Positions 25,290 through 38,044 of a stretch of 64,000 bases of DNA are shown piece by piece. The first letter of the stretch is position 1. The number at the start of each line of letters is the position of its first letter. The notes beneath the pieces were generated by a model. It was not told the origin of the DNA and searched no databases. It saw only the letters and a program-made list of their open reading frames with translations. The stretch comes from Octopus bimaculoides (Eukaryota). Location: contig NC_068981.1 of NCBI RefSeq assembly GCF_001194135.2, positions 103,807,468 to 103,871,467 of the forward strand. The letters are read 5' to 3'. Made by a program: the position numbers and the translations under genes.

Positions 25290-26405
25290 ATTTGTTTTTT
25301 GTTCCTCTGTAGTTTCAGCTCAGAGCTGCGGCCATGCTGTTGCACCGCTGTTTTGCTACACTGTTATTACTGAGAGCCTCCTACTATATGTGGAACTTCG
25401 TGAAGAATGGAGTTTGATGTAGCTACCCTCATTTGCACCTCTTTCTGTGAGATAGGTTCATCTGGGACTCTCGACAGGAAGAGGTCCAGCCTTGATTTAA
25501 AAACGCCTACAACTACTCAGGCTCTTTGAGAGAATATTAAAAAGCTGTGGGCCCTTGAAACCCAGGCTGTTGCAGTAACTGCTCCTGAAGCATGATAGCA
25601 TTGCTGGGATCTTTGGCACTATGCAGTGTTGACATCTGCTGGTATTGGTGTAGCTTTCAATGCCAAAATTGGGCACAATTCCTTCCAGGATCTTCCAGAT
25701 GTATATTACTGCATACCTCTCCCGCCTTCGCTCCTGGGAGTAGAGTCTTAGCTGTTTCAGCCTTTCCCAGTAGCTGAGCAGTTGCAAAGAGACGATCTTC
25801 TTTGTGAATCTTTGCTGGATTGCTTAAATGTCCGCTGAGGATGAATGTCCTCCATAGGACCATCATGGTTTCCTTATCTCTCCTTCTGAATGTTCCCAGG
25901 ATCCAGCCAGCCAGTCGACTGCACTTTGTCTCCATCCTGGTAATGTGCACTTGGAAAGAGGTATCAGCATGAGTGATGATGCCTCTTTCCAAGTGCACAT
26001 TAAAGAGGTCACTCATGCTGGTACCCAGGTCCCTCACTGATTTAGGCTCTGGGATTGTAACTCCCTGTGGACTAGTGTACCCTGTAAGCTGCATATTTAG
26101 TTTTGGACACTGGTAGCACAGGGTTTGGAATTTTTCAGCATTAAACTGCATTTTATCTTCAGCCCATCTGTAAATTGAGTCCAACTCCTGCTACAGATGT
26201 GCAACATGACTGGGGTTCTGTATTTTTTCTGTGAGACTTTTGTATCGTCTGTGTAGCTAGCAAAGGTGGCTGTGGAAAGCAGTGGTCCCAAGACAGTGCC
26301 CTGTGGAACACTGCTCACTATTTGTGTTTTCATTGAGGTGGCTTCATCGGCCTCTACTGCCTGACTCCTATCTTTCAGAAAGTCATGTAACCCACTTTCC
26401 ATAAT
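25290..26405 (-). mobile_element. 5'-truncated CR1/L2-group LINE: RT domain, C-terminus and 3' tail, decayed
   Basis: LHDFLKDRSQAV, SSVPQGTVLGPLL, SYTDDTKV, WAEDKMQFNAEKFQ, SVRDLG, YWERLKQLRLYSQERRRERY and LDLFLSRVPDEP occur in order on the minus strand with frameshifts. They are followed by a 3' stem-loop tail. Confidence 0.85.
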
Positions 26406-26589
26406 TTGTTTTTGTTGTTTATCTTCTGGTTGCTTCTTACTGAGCTGACTTATGATCATTTTGGCATTCCATTCCAGCTATGACAATGCTATTTTTTTTA
26501 GGGTATGTATGTTTTTTTTTAGAGACTAAATTATCTAGTATGTTATGCCCTTATTTAAGCTGGTAGAGTGTATAATTTTTAGTTATTTT

Positions 26590-26778
26590 TAGTAGGTCTA
26601 GCGACTTCATAGGTTCATTGTTATTAACTCCTTATTGCTATGAATACATCTTAGTGCTAGTGACAGAACCCTACAGGAAGATTTGGTTGCTATTTCTGGT
26701 AGGTCTAGTGACCATATAGGTTCATTATCATTAACTCATCGTTGCCATGAGTACATCACTGTGTGAGTGACAGAACCA
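26590..26778. repeat. Diverged 107-bp tandem duplication
   Basis: gtaggtctag...agtgacagaacc occurs at 26592 and 26699. Confidence 0.8.
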
Positions 26779-27290
26779 AACACCCGCTAGTTTAGCCCTT
26801 CTTGTTTATTTCTTTTTGACTGTTTCAACCTCCTGTTGGAATTGAACTCCTGTTTGCAGGACAGCTTCTACTTCCCATAACTGGCAACATATTGATTTTA
26901 CAACTTTTGATATCGAAGTGAGGAATCACCAAAGTGTGTCAGCTGAATTGGTCAAGTGATCAGCATCCTCTGGCCTGGCTCACTGACCAGCTGGTTAATT
27001 CTGTTGTGGGGAGGAAGAAGCATCTGCTGTCAGTTAACTATTCCACTTTTCACTACTGCCACGCTAGATTGGGAAGCTACTGCAACGGAAACTTGTCATT
27101 GTGCAAGAGTGGTAGCGGGAATGGGAGAGCATTAGTTTCGCAGTCTTGGACGCTCTTGTTAGTGGTGAACAGTGTGACTAACATTCACTGAGAAGTTAAT
27201 TTTAGAATTAGAACTTCACATAGTCACCAAATACTGAAACAGCCAACCTGTTGTTTCACAGGTGAAAGAGTAGCCACAAATTTATTTCAT

Positions 27291-27323
<33 letters not shown>

Positions 27324-28309
27324 GTCCTCCCCACCTCTCTTGCAACAGTTACTGCAGTTTTCTTAAATTACTCTGCATTGCCTTTTCTCTGCTCATAAAT
27401 ATTCTACAATATATTTCTGCACATGATTACACACTTATCTACTGTTGTTAAATATATGCCTACATATGTATGTTTACGTGCATACACAAGAGAGAGAGAG
27501 AGAGAGTGTGTGTGTGTGAAGACATTACAAGCACTTTTTAAAAAAATTTTCACATGATATAGATATGTATTTTGATACTGATGTACATTAAGAATTTCTT
27601 CACAAAAGTTTTCTTTTAAATAAATTTCTCTCTCTCTTTCTTTGTCTTTATCAATCTGTCTGTCTGTCTGTCTTTCAGTTTTCCATACATCTGTCATTGC
27701 ATGTGTATATGTGTGTCTACTTTTGTGTGAGCATATCTATGTATTTAACATACATACATTCACTGACATGTATCCTATCCCTTTCTTTTGTTTAGAAAAT
27801 ATCTTATCATCATGTATACTTCCTCCTCTTATTATTGTTATAGATATGGGTTTTAATAAGTCATTTACCACCCAGTCCACCTGGACTGTAAATAGGTTCT
27901 CAACCAATATAAAGTAGCAGTAAAATTGAGAAACTAATGATTAGTTTGGTAGCTTATAGAGTTGAGTTCAACTCTTCTTGTACTTTCAGCCTGGAAAGTT
28001 ATCGACTCCAATTCTGGCTTGTTCTAGGTACAATACATGAAGACAAAATCTTTATTAGTGTCTCTGTTAAGGTGAAAAGAGCTTAGTAGTACTTACCATT
28101 TGGAACTCACTGAATTCCCTAGATGACATTCAGTACCCATTCATCTTCTAATTTATTTCATATCTGACCATGTTGACAGCTGTGAGATCTGACCAGAACC
28201 ATTTCTTGATTGATAACTGCAAGATAGATTTGCATCTTATTTGCCAAGTTTTTTTTTTTCTCATCCAGTTGTCTTTCCAACATAGCATCTGTAGTTCTGG
28301 GTGGCAGCG

Positions 28310-29115
28310 CTAAGCAGTGATGTGTATAAATGCAATGTTATTACCAGTTCAAATATACTTGGGTCATATTCGAACCAGTAAGAAAGCCATTCATTGTGTT
28401 AAGTCACAAAGAAAATTTCTCACTGTAGACAAATGGTGTGCATACACCAAAATCAGCTTGCAGTGCCACCTCCCCAGACAGTGAGATGTAAACATTTTGG
28501 AGTGGTTATCTCCTTTTCGGTCGCAGAAACCAAAGTGGGTGCACTGCGAGCTGATAAGAGAGGTTGCCTCTGTTATGATATTCCTGTCATTGTACAGTGA
28601 CAGGTAGTGCTAATCAGCAGCTCATCTTCAACAAATTATAAGGTATAGACACTAAGCAGTGTGTATAAATACAAAGTTATTACCATTTCAAATATGCTTG
28701 GAGCATATTCAAAACCGTAAACAAACCATTCACTTTATCATGGAGAAAATTTATCTTGGAGAAAATTTATCTTGGAGAAAATTTATCTTGGAGAAAATTT
28801 ATCTTGGAGAAAATTTATCTTGGAGAAAATTTCTCGTAGACAAATGGTGTAAATACCCCTAAAAGTAGCTGCCAATTAGCACTATCAGTCATTGTATGAT
28901 GATGGGAATATTGTAAGAGAAACAATCAGCTTGCAGTGCACCTTGTTCGGTTTCTGTAACTGAAAAGGAGATAACCACTCTAAAATGAGTAGGTGGTGCT
29001 GCAATCTGTCTACAGTGAGAAATTTTCTCCATGGCAAAACAGTGAATGGCTTTCTTGCAGGTTCAAATATTCCCCAAGCATATTTGAACTGGCAATAACC
29101 TTGTATCTATATTTC
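28310..29115. repeat. Nested inverted-repeat (foldback-like) structure A-B-A'-B(inv)-A(inv)
   Basis: 28325-28435 and 28655-28850 are direct copies and 29005-29110 is their reverse complement; 28495-28622 is reverse-complemented at 28865-28985. Confidence 0.85.
28741..28832. repeat. Perfect 16-bp minisatellite (TGGAGAAAATTTATCT) x5.75
   Basis: Read directly from the sequence. Confidence 0.95.
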
Positions 29116-29596
29116 TCTGATTTGGTATAGACAAAAACTGCATATTATCTAATAAAGCTATGTTTTGAATAATGTTTGCTGTGACATTTTTTTTTGTACC
29201 ACTTAATTGTTAAATAATTAGCTGCAGGGCTGTGCATAAAATATTAATTCTTGCAGCAGTTAGAGACTGCAGACTGCCTCATCTATTTTGTCAATGCCTA
29301 ATTCCATAGAATTGAGCTATAGAACACTTTTTAATGGATTGACTTTCTTTAATTACAAAAGACTGGGTTTATACAATGTTTATGAAAACTTTCGTAATTT
29401 ATAAGTTCAAACAAGGAGGAAAACAATCAGCCACAAATCGACATTTTTATTGGATGGTTTAAGATTAAATTGGGATTTCTGTAATTTCTTTACTCTCTAC
29501 TATGTTACTCAATTTGGGATAATATCTTTCTGCACAAGCAAGTCATCCTGATGCTTTCATCATCACAATACCTAAAGTTGAAATGTGGACTGACAA

Positions 29597-30048
29597 ATGG
29601 TTATGTAATTAAGAAGTTTGCTTCCCAACCACATGGTTATAGGTTCAGTCCTACTGTGTGGCACCTTGGGCAAGTGTCTTCTACTATAGCCTTGGGCTGA
29701 GTGGATTTCGTAGATAGAAATTAAAAGAAATGCATCTCGTGTGTGTCTGCATATGTGCATGCATGTGTGTCTGCATGTGTGTGTGTGGAGTGGATGGCAG
29801 TTATTGTGTCCTTGCCATGACATAGCATGATAGTTATATACAAGTGTTTCTGTTATACAAGCAGTATCTTTCATTTCCATTCTTCTGTGAAAACATATCT
29901 CGTTATGGGGGAAATATTACCTTACTTGGAAACAACTAAGAGTTGACAATATGAAGGACATCCAACCATAGAAAATCTGCCTCAACAAATTCTCTCCAAC
30001 CCTTACATGCATAGAAAAGTAGAATTCGACGATGATGATATTGATGAT
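29597..30048 (+). mobile_element. SINE family B: family A head, different body, RTE-like (GAT)n tail; other copies at 1705-2140 (-) and 56305-56580 (+, partial)
   Basis: Head as in family A; body ggaaatattaccttacttggaaac; tail aaggacatccaaccatagaaaatctgcc...gatgatgat resembling the RTE 3' UTR. Confidence 0.7.
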
Positions 30049-30204
30049 GGGTTAAAACTTTCTCTTCTCTTCTTTTTTTTTTTTTATTTACTTCCCCCAC
30101 AAAACACACCAAGGATCAAACTAAGATAGAGAGAGAAATTACTGAAATCTAGATTAAGAACATTTATTTCCTGTTCTGGTGTCAGGACACACACATCATC
30201 ATCA

Positions 30205-30560
30205 TCATCATCGTTTAACGTCCGTTTTCCATGCTAGCATGGGTTGGACGATTTGACTGAGGACTGGTGAAACCAGATGGCTACACCAGGCTCCAATCTG
30301 ATTTGGCAGAGTTTCTACAGCTGGATTCCCTTCCTAATGCCAACCACTCTGAGAGTGTAGTGGGTGCCTTTACGTGCCACCGGCACGGATGCCAGTCAGG
30401 CGACACTGGCAATGGCCACTCTCAAAATGGTGTATTTTACGTGCCACCCGCACAAGAGCCAGTCCAGGGGCACTGGCAACGATCTCACTCGAAAGTCCTT
30501 ACACATGCCAAGGGCACAACTGCCAGAAAGGCGACGCTGGGCACCAACATAAATTACTGG
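30205..30560 (-). mobile_element. RTE 3' UTR-only copy; similar fragments at ~19375, ~30750, ~34725, ~47270, ~47780 and ~56950
   Basis: catcatcatc-gtttaacgtccgttttccatgctagcatgggttgg... is near-identical to the UTR of the RTE copies at 44325 and 54492. Confidence 0.75.
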
Positions 30561-30994
30561 AAAGCTATCCAGCCATTAAAAAAAATCGGAGCCTAAGCAG
30601 TCGTTCTCAACCAACTTTTACCTATGGACTCTTTGATTCCGACTTAACTCAGGTGAACCCTCATAACCAATGTTTAAAAATTCCTATTATTTTTTGTTTT
30701 CATAAATAAATATGTTAGGAATGTTAAAATATTTTGTGTTTTATAAAAGCATCCAGCCCACACTGTGAAGTGGCACTGTGAAGGGCATCCAGCTGTAAAA
30801 ACCATGCCAAAACTGACCTCGCCATGCGGCGTCATATAGCGGTTGGTGCTAGGATAAGCATCCAGCCATAAAAATAACCATGCCAAAACAAACACAGAAG
30901 CATGGTGCAGGTTCCCACCTGGCCAGCTCCTATCAAACCATCCAAACCATATCAGCATGGAAAGAGGATGTTAAACAATGATGATGACAAGAAG

Positions 30995-31369
30995 TTGTTG
31001 TTGTTGGCACTCCGTCACTTACGATGTCGTGGGTTCCAGTTGATCCAATCAATGGAACAGCCTACTTGTGAAATTAACGTGCAAGTGGCTGAGCACTCCA
31101 CAGACGGGATATTCAGCGGGGATATTCAGCGTGACACAGTGTGACAAGGCTCGCCCTTTGAATTACAGGTACAACAGAAACAGGAAGAAAGAGTGAGAGA
31201 AAGTTGTGGTGAAAGAGTACAGCAGGGTTCACCACCATCCCCTGCCGGAGCCTCGTGGAGCTTTAGGTGTTTTCGCTCAATAAACACTCACAACACCCGG
31301 TCTGGGAATCGAAACCATGATCCTATGACTGTGTGTCCGCTGCCCTAACCACTGGGCCATTGCGCCTCC
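30995..31369 (-). mobile_element. tRNA-derived SINE family C with (AAC)n tail
   Basis: The minus strand begins GGAGGCGCAATGGCCCAGTGGTTAGG (A box) and contains GGTTTCGATTCCC (B box). It has a perfect 10-bp TSD tgacaagaag (30985-30994 and 31370-31379). Confidence 0.9.
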
Positions 31370-31822
31370 TGACAAGAAGTATAACCAGTTTATTGCGCAT
31401 AAATTTTAACAAAATCTTATATGGACCCCGCTTGAGAACCACTAGCTTAAAACTTAGGTGGGAAACCTGAAACCTCCCTAAATATGTCAATGGATTCAAC
31501 ACATAGCACTTTTGATGATCCAGTGAGAGCTGAAGTGTCAAAGTATGTGCAAGGCGTCTGCATTGGAAACAGTTTCGAACCAGACAAGTGTGATGTAAGG
31601 GGGTAATGGTGTGAAATGATGATGGTGGCGGGGGGAGATAATATTGATATTAATGATGATTATAACTGTGTGTGTATGCATGTGTATGTGTGTATATGTG
31701 CATGTGTGTTTATATATATATGTGTGTGTGTATGTGTATACGTGTGTGTACATACACTTGTGTGTGCTTATGTATGTGTATATATATGTGTATGTATGTA
31801 TGTATATATATATGTGCATGTG

Positions 31823-31865
<43 letters not shown>

Positions 31866-32015
31866 ATATATATGTATGTGTATATATATGTATGTGTGTA
31901 TATATATGTATGTGTGTATATATGTGCATGTGTATATATATATGTGTATATGTATATATGTACGTGTATATATATGTGTTTGTGTATACATGCATACATG
32001 TGTGTGTGTGTATGC

Positions 32016-32103
<88 letters not shown>

Positions 32104-33161
32104 ATTTGTGTGTGTGTGTGTGTATGTACACGTATATATATGAATGTCTTCTTGCTGTTAGTAATGTGTCAATAAGTTTTACTTTTTTATTTTTAGCTTA
32201 GTGAGTTGTAACTCATTATTATAAGCATCTTGTTTTGGAAGACAGAACTCTCGTTTTCTTTTTTTTCTTTTGCCTAAAGATATAGAATCAAATAGTATAC
32301 AACAAATAGAAAATTATTTAATATGAAGAATTGATAAAAGAGTTCATAGTGAAAAGAAAAGAAAAGAGAGAGAAAGATAAAGAAAGGAAAAGATTCTTGA
32401 AATGTGTGAATAAATTTGAAGAACTTTCTGAGGCAGAACTGTGAAAATTGTTTTTCATAACAGAACTACCTAGCAAATATTTTTATATGATTTTGTTTTG
32501 GTTAAAAAAATAAATGCATAAATAAATAAACAAATAGATAAATAAAATGAAAAAAGAATAAAATAAATATAAAGAAAACCTAAAAGAACATAAAGCTGAA
32601 TAAATAAGATGATTGGATATTGAAATACGAAGTGACAATAACACCTTAAAGATGCAAAACTTTAAATACGCACTACTCATTCTCTTTCTCTCTCACACAC
32701 ACACACACACACGTATATCAGTAGAATAAATACTATTTTATTTTTGTTATTTATTTTACTCAGTGTACATGTTTGTATATAAATATTCAAGTTGTGTACT
32801 ATAACGTATGCTTATATACAAGTACATCTGTGTGTGTATGTGTGTGTGAATGCTTTTGTGTTGTGCATGCATGTTTCAATGTGTTTAGATTTGAACGATG
32901 ATGCCTGTACTGGTCTATGAATGTTTATATGTGTGATATGTGTGTGAGTAGACATGTATTTGTGGGTGTGTGTATGTGAATGATTATGTATTAACAGTTT
33001 TGTTATCACCAGAGTTTTTGTGTGTGTATCTTTCTATGTCAGTGTGTGTGTGTATTTATGTGTGTGGTCATTATAATTGATATATGTGTAAATATTACTG
33101 CAGATTGGATATTGAAAGAAAATCCCAGTAAATAAGGAAAGCAAAATAAGTGAATACACAC

Positions 33162-33204
<43 letters not shown>

Positions 33205-33471
33205 GGCTAACCATTGAGACTCACATGTATTGTTTTATTATAAAGCACACACACAAAAACACACGTGTGCACATAGAAAACCAAGAAAATGGTTGATGAG
33301 GATAAAGAATTTATAACATAAATATAGCTATAGATATAAACATTATTGCTTTGTTCAGCTCAGTTGATATACTGGGTTAAATTCAGTTGTGAGTGATGCT
33401 GTTGAAGTATTATTAACTCTAAAAACAACCAAAACATTTTCTCAGTACCTGTCTGCCTGTCTGCCTGCCTG

Positions 33472-33510
<39 letters not shown>

Positions 33511-34023
33511 CATGTATATGAGGTTAAGGAGTTTGCATCACAGTCATGTGATTTTTGACAGTCATGTGGTACCTCAAGCAAGTGGCTTCTACTATAACCT
33601 TAGATTGAACAATGCCCAGCAAGTGAAATTTGAAAGATGGAAACTGTACAGAAGCTTTATTTTGTGTGCGTGTCTTTGTGTGATTGTTTGACTCTGTGTA
33701 TTTTCATACTGGTTTCAAAATTTGGCTTGAAGCCGACAATTTCAGGGGCAGGGGTTAAGTTGATTACATCAAGCCCAGGTGTTCAACTGGTACTTATTTT
33801 ACTGACTCCAAAAGGATGAAAGGCAAAGTTGACCTCAATGAAATTTAAACTTAGAATATAGAGAGTGACGAAAAACCACTAAGCATTTTGCCTGGCGTGC
33901 TCATGATCCTGTCAGCTTGCCACCTTATGTGTATCTTCATATCGACATCTTTCTTCTTGAGGCGAAAATGTTTATATCTATCGTAAACAAAGTTCAGTAC
34001 CTTAGTAGTTTGTGTAAATTCTA

Positions 34024-34446
34024 GGTGCAGGCATGGTTGCGTGGTAAGAAGCTTGCTTTCCAGCCACATGGTTCCAGGTTCAGTCCCACTGCATAACACC
34101 TTGGTCAAGTGTCTTCTACTATAGCCTCTGGCTAACCAAAGCCTTGTGAATGGATTTATAGTCAGAAACTGAAAGTCTGTTGTCTGTATATATCTGTGTG
34201 TGTGTGTGTCTCTGTCAGTGTTTGTCCCACACCACTGTTTGACAACCAGTGTTGGTGTGTTTATGTTCCCATAACTTAGCAGGATCAATAAAATAAATAC
34301 TAGGCTTAAAAGAGACCAAAAGATAAGTACTAAACTTAAGAAAATAACACCAGAAGTTAATTTGTTTGACTATAACCCTTCAAAGCAGTGCTCTGACATG
34401 GCCAGTCAAATGATGGAAACAAGTAAAAGCTAAAAGATAAAATAAA
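34024..34446 (+). mobile_element. SINE family A copy
   Basis: Head ggtgcaggcatggttgcgtggtaagaagc through to tail gaaacaagtaaaag. Confidence 0.8.
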
Positions 34447-35283
34447 ATACTTTACTTGTAAGAACAAGAGTTGGTACCAGAAACGGTGTCTAGCCATAGG
34501 ATACTGTCTAAACAGATCTCAGCCAACAAAAATGGATATAAAAGCGTTAGGGATGCAGGCAGAATCATTTACTGTGGTGGACAAAATACTGAGCAGAATT
34601 TCTTCCAGCTGTTGACATTCTGAATTCAAATACAGTTGAGGTCAACTTTTCCTTTCATACTTTCAGGGTCATTTAAATAAAGTACCATTCAAGTACCGAA
34701 GTGGATGTAATCAACTGCCCCATCATCATCATAATTTAATGTCCTTTGTCCATGCTGGCATGGGTTGGAAACTGACCAGAGCTGGCAAGCTGAGGAGCTG
34801 CACCAGATTCCAGTCTGATTTAGCATGATTTCTATGGCTAGATACCCTTCCTAACACCAATCATTTTGCAGAGTGTACTGGGTGTTTTTATGTGGCACTG
34901 TATGGGCGTCGCATGGGCACTTTTACATGGCACTGTATGGGTGCTTTTACGTGATGCTGCATGGGTGCTTTTACATGTTGCCACATGGGCACTTTTACAT
35001 GTTGCTGCAAAGGGACTTTTATGTGGCACTGCAAGAGTGCTTTTACATAACACCACATGGGCACTTTATCATGGCACCGCCATGAGTACATTACCCCACC
35101 AGAAGGATCAGTCTTTACACTTCTGCTGCATGTTCCAGAATTAGAAAGGATGGATTACGATGATGATATCAGACTCAGTCAAGTGATTTAATGGTTTTAA
35201 ACAGATTTAGTGAGACAGAATTTTAGATAGTGTTTATATTATTAGTTAGGTCTGTGCTCATCTTCCACTTGCTGTGCCTTATG

Positions 35284-35625
35284 TTACTCTTTATTCATTT
35301 GTAGGTTATAAAATGTACCTCCAATACTTATGGCCTAGATTTTCAGCCTGCTACTTATTCTATTGATCTCTTTCATCAAGCCACTAAGTTATGGGGACTT
35401 GAATACACCAACACTGGTTGTCAAACGGTGGTTGGGGGACAAATACACACACACGCAGATACACGATAGGCTTCTTTTCAGTTTCCGTCTACCAAATCCA
35501 CTCACAAAGCTTTGGTTGGCCAGAGACTACAGTAAAAGACTCTTGCCCTAGGTGCCATGCAATGGAACCAAACTTGGAACCATTTAGTTGGGAAGCAAGC
35601 TTCTTACCACAAGCCATGCCTGTAT
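35284..35625 (-). mobile_element. SINE family A copy
   Basis: Reverse complement of the family A consensus. Confidence 0.75.
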
Positions 35626-35847
35626 CTACCCACTGCCACACGCACACACACACACACACACATTTGCTTTGTATGACATCTTTGAGATTCTGTCATTGCT
35701 TTCTATTTCTTTAGACATTATTGTTGTCAAGGTTATAATCAATCTATAATTATGTATTGAACACTTTCAATGAAAAATATTTTGTTTTCAGATAAATCGA
35801 GATGTGTATTGTGAAGCACAATATGCGACTGTTATTCTCCTATGTAT

Positions 35848-35881
<34 letters not shown>

Positions 35882-37083
35882 CTATGTGTCTTTGATGTTT
35901 GTTTTGCAACCAGATGGTTTTTGGTTCAGTCCCATTGTGTGGCACCTTGGGCAAGTAAATGTCATCTTTTATAGCCATAGGCTGAAACAAAGCCTAGATT
36001 TAATAGGTGTAAGCTGAAAGAAACCTCTCTCTCTCTCTTTGTGTGTGTGTGTGTGTGGTGGGGTGAGTGAGTGATTTCTACTTCCAGATTTCTTGCCAGA
36101 TGACATTCTATTTCAGTGCCTGGTCTCACTTCATTTGAGCACAATCTATTTTTTCCACATTGCTTCAGTATTCTTCCACTGAAACTTGCACTTTTCCCTG
36201 CACCAGGTTCCTCTCCTTCTTGCTGGAGCTGTGTCATATTTCAGCCTACCTGTGCTACTCTCAAGAAGGGCTTTGTATTTCAGCTGCACTGTTCCCTGAG
36301 GAAGCCCTCCATTTTTCCTTATGATAATTCCTGTACTAGCCCTCCATTTTTCTCTTATTTTACAATAATAATTCCTGCAACAAATTGCTCTTCATTCTAG
36401 TTATCTAGATGTTCTCAATTCCTTGCTGACAGAACTAGACAGACGACCGAGCTTGCTTCTGTTCCTGAATAACCCAATGCTTCTCAAGCTAAACCTCAAG
36501 CCCAACATTTGTGGAAATAGCTACTCACTATGCACCCAAAGCCCTACACAACAGTCATGGGGACTCCCTAGATACACAATGCCGGAAAATTCTGAGGAGA
36601 ATCCTTTGTTGTTCAACCCAGCTTTTAATCTTCCTAGGAGCCTAGACTTGTCCACAGTTCTTGTTCCATCTTCTTGTCCACAGTTCTTGTCCCTCCTCCC
36701 TCATTCCACTCAACTCTGGTCACTTGATGGAGCTTGTGTTCTTCAGATTTCAGTCCTGTCAAAGACTCTTCACTCATGTGTCTGTATCTAACAGGATCTG
36801 ATCTTCTTTTAATCTGAAGTGAAATATGTTTAGTCACCTTTGCTCTTTTCAGAACCAAAAACCAGCATAGACATTGTGAGTTTGAAACTCATACTCATCT
36901 GCTATATGAGCTTCTCTAACTACCACAACCTGGCTCTTAGGACTTTTGTTGCTACTAACTATGATGTCATCAATGACAGCTCTCATAGGTGGTTGCTTGA
37001 TTTCTGAATTTCTGAGGGGTCTCTGATGCTCATTCTCTGTTGACTTGACTAACACATTCATTACCATTATGAAGAGACGGGGT

Positions 37084-37263
37084 TATGTGAAGCTTCTGGA
37101 GACTGTGGTCAATACCTGGCTGGAGAGAGCTGCTGCTGGAAGGCCATATATGTGGCACCAGGATTTGGCTCCTTGCTATACAGCCAGAAAGAGTCAGAAT
37201 TGGTTGTTGGAGAATTTCTATGACTTCACCAGCCCCAATTTCTGGCCTTTTAATTCCCCTGAT
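37084..37263 (+). mobile_element. Tc1/mariner-superfamily transposase catalytic fragment
   Basis: YVKLLETVVNTWLERAAAGRPYMWHQDLAPCYTARKSQNWLLENFYDFTSPNFWPFNSPD corresponds to QD.AP.H ... WP..SPD; the sequence is truncated before the third catalytic residue. Confidence 0.8.
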
Positions 37264-37606
37264 TATATATATATAAGTATGCTAAAGACCAGACACAATC
37301 TCTTGTGGGCAGGAAGTGTAAAATAAAGTTTATTATAAACAACACAAACATTTTGTAATTTAATAGCTTTCAATGTGATACCTGTTAAACAGAAATTATA
37401 TTTATTTAATGAAAATTTAATAAAATCTAATCATAAGTGAAATTATGCTAAATACAACTAAATTAAAAACCTTTTTTCCCCTGGCCATATTGACAATTCT
37501 GAAAATTTTGGGGTGCGAATTTTACATGAGTGGAAACATTTTTTAATGATTTTTATCCTGAAAATCACCTGCGTGAATTACATAAGTGCACAAATNNNNN
37601 NNNNNA

Positions 37607-38010
37607 ACCACATGGTTCCATGTTCAGTCCCACTGCATGATACCTTCAGCAAGTGTTTTCTACTATAGCCCCAGGCTGAATAATGGAAACTGAAAGAAGC
37701 ATTTCACGCACACATATACACGCGCATGCATGCACGCACACACACACACACACGTGTCTGCGTGTTTTTGTGTCTGTGTGTTTTTGTATCTGTGTGTTTT
37801 TGTGTCTGTGTTTGTCACCCACCACTGCTCGACAACCAGTGTTGGTGTGTTTGCATCCATGTAACCTAGCAGTTTGGCAAAAAGAGACCAATAGAATAGG
37901 TACCAAACTTAAAAAGAAAATGAGTGCTAGGGTCAATTAGTTCCACTAAAATTCCTGATAGTGGTGTGCCAGCTTGGCTGAAGTCTAATGACTGAAACAA
38001 GTAAAAGATA
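37607..38010 (+). mobile_element. SINE family A copy
   Basis: accacatggttcc...gactgaaacaagtaaaag. Confidence 0.75.
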
Positions 38011-38044
38011 GAATAAAAGAGATAGCATGCTTCTGTATCATAAG

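Noticed and set aside
28741-28832. CRISPR-like regular repeat
   Set aside because: The units are contiguous with no spacers, the context is eukaryotic, and there are no cas genes.
30995-31369. tRNA gene (A and B boxes; similar heads in SINE families A, D and E)
   Set aside because: The tRNA-like head continues into a SINE body with a tail and TSD, and there is no complete cloverleaf.
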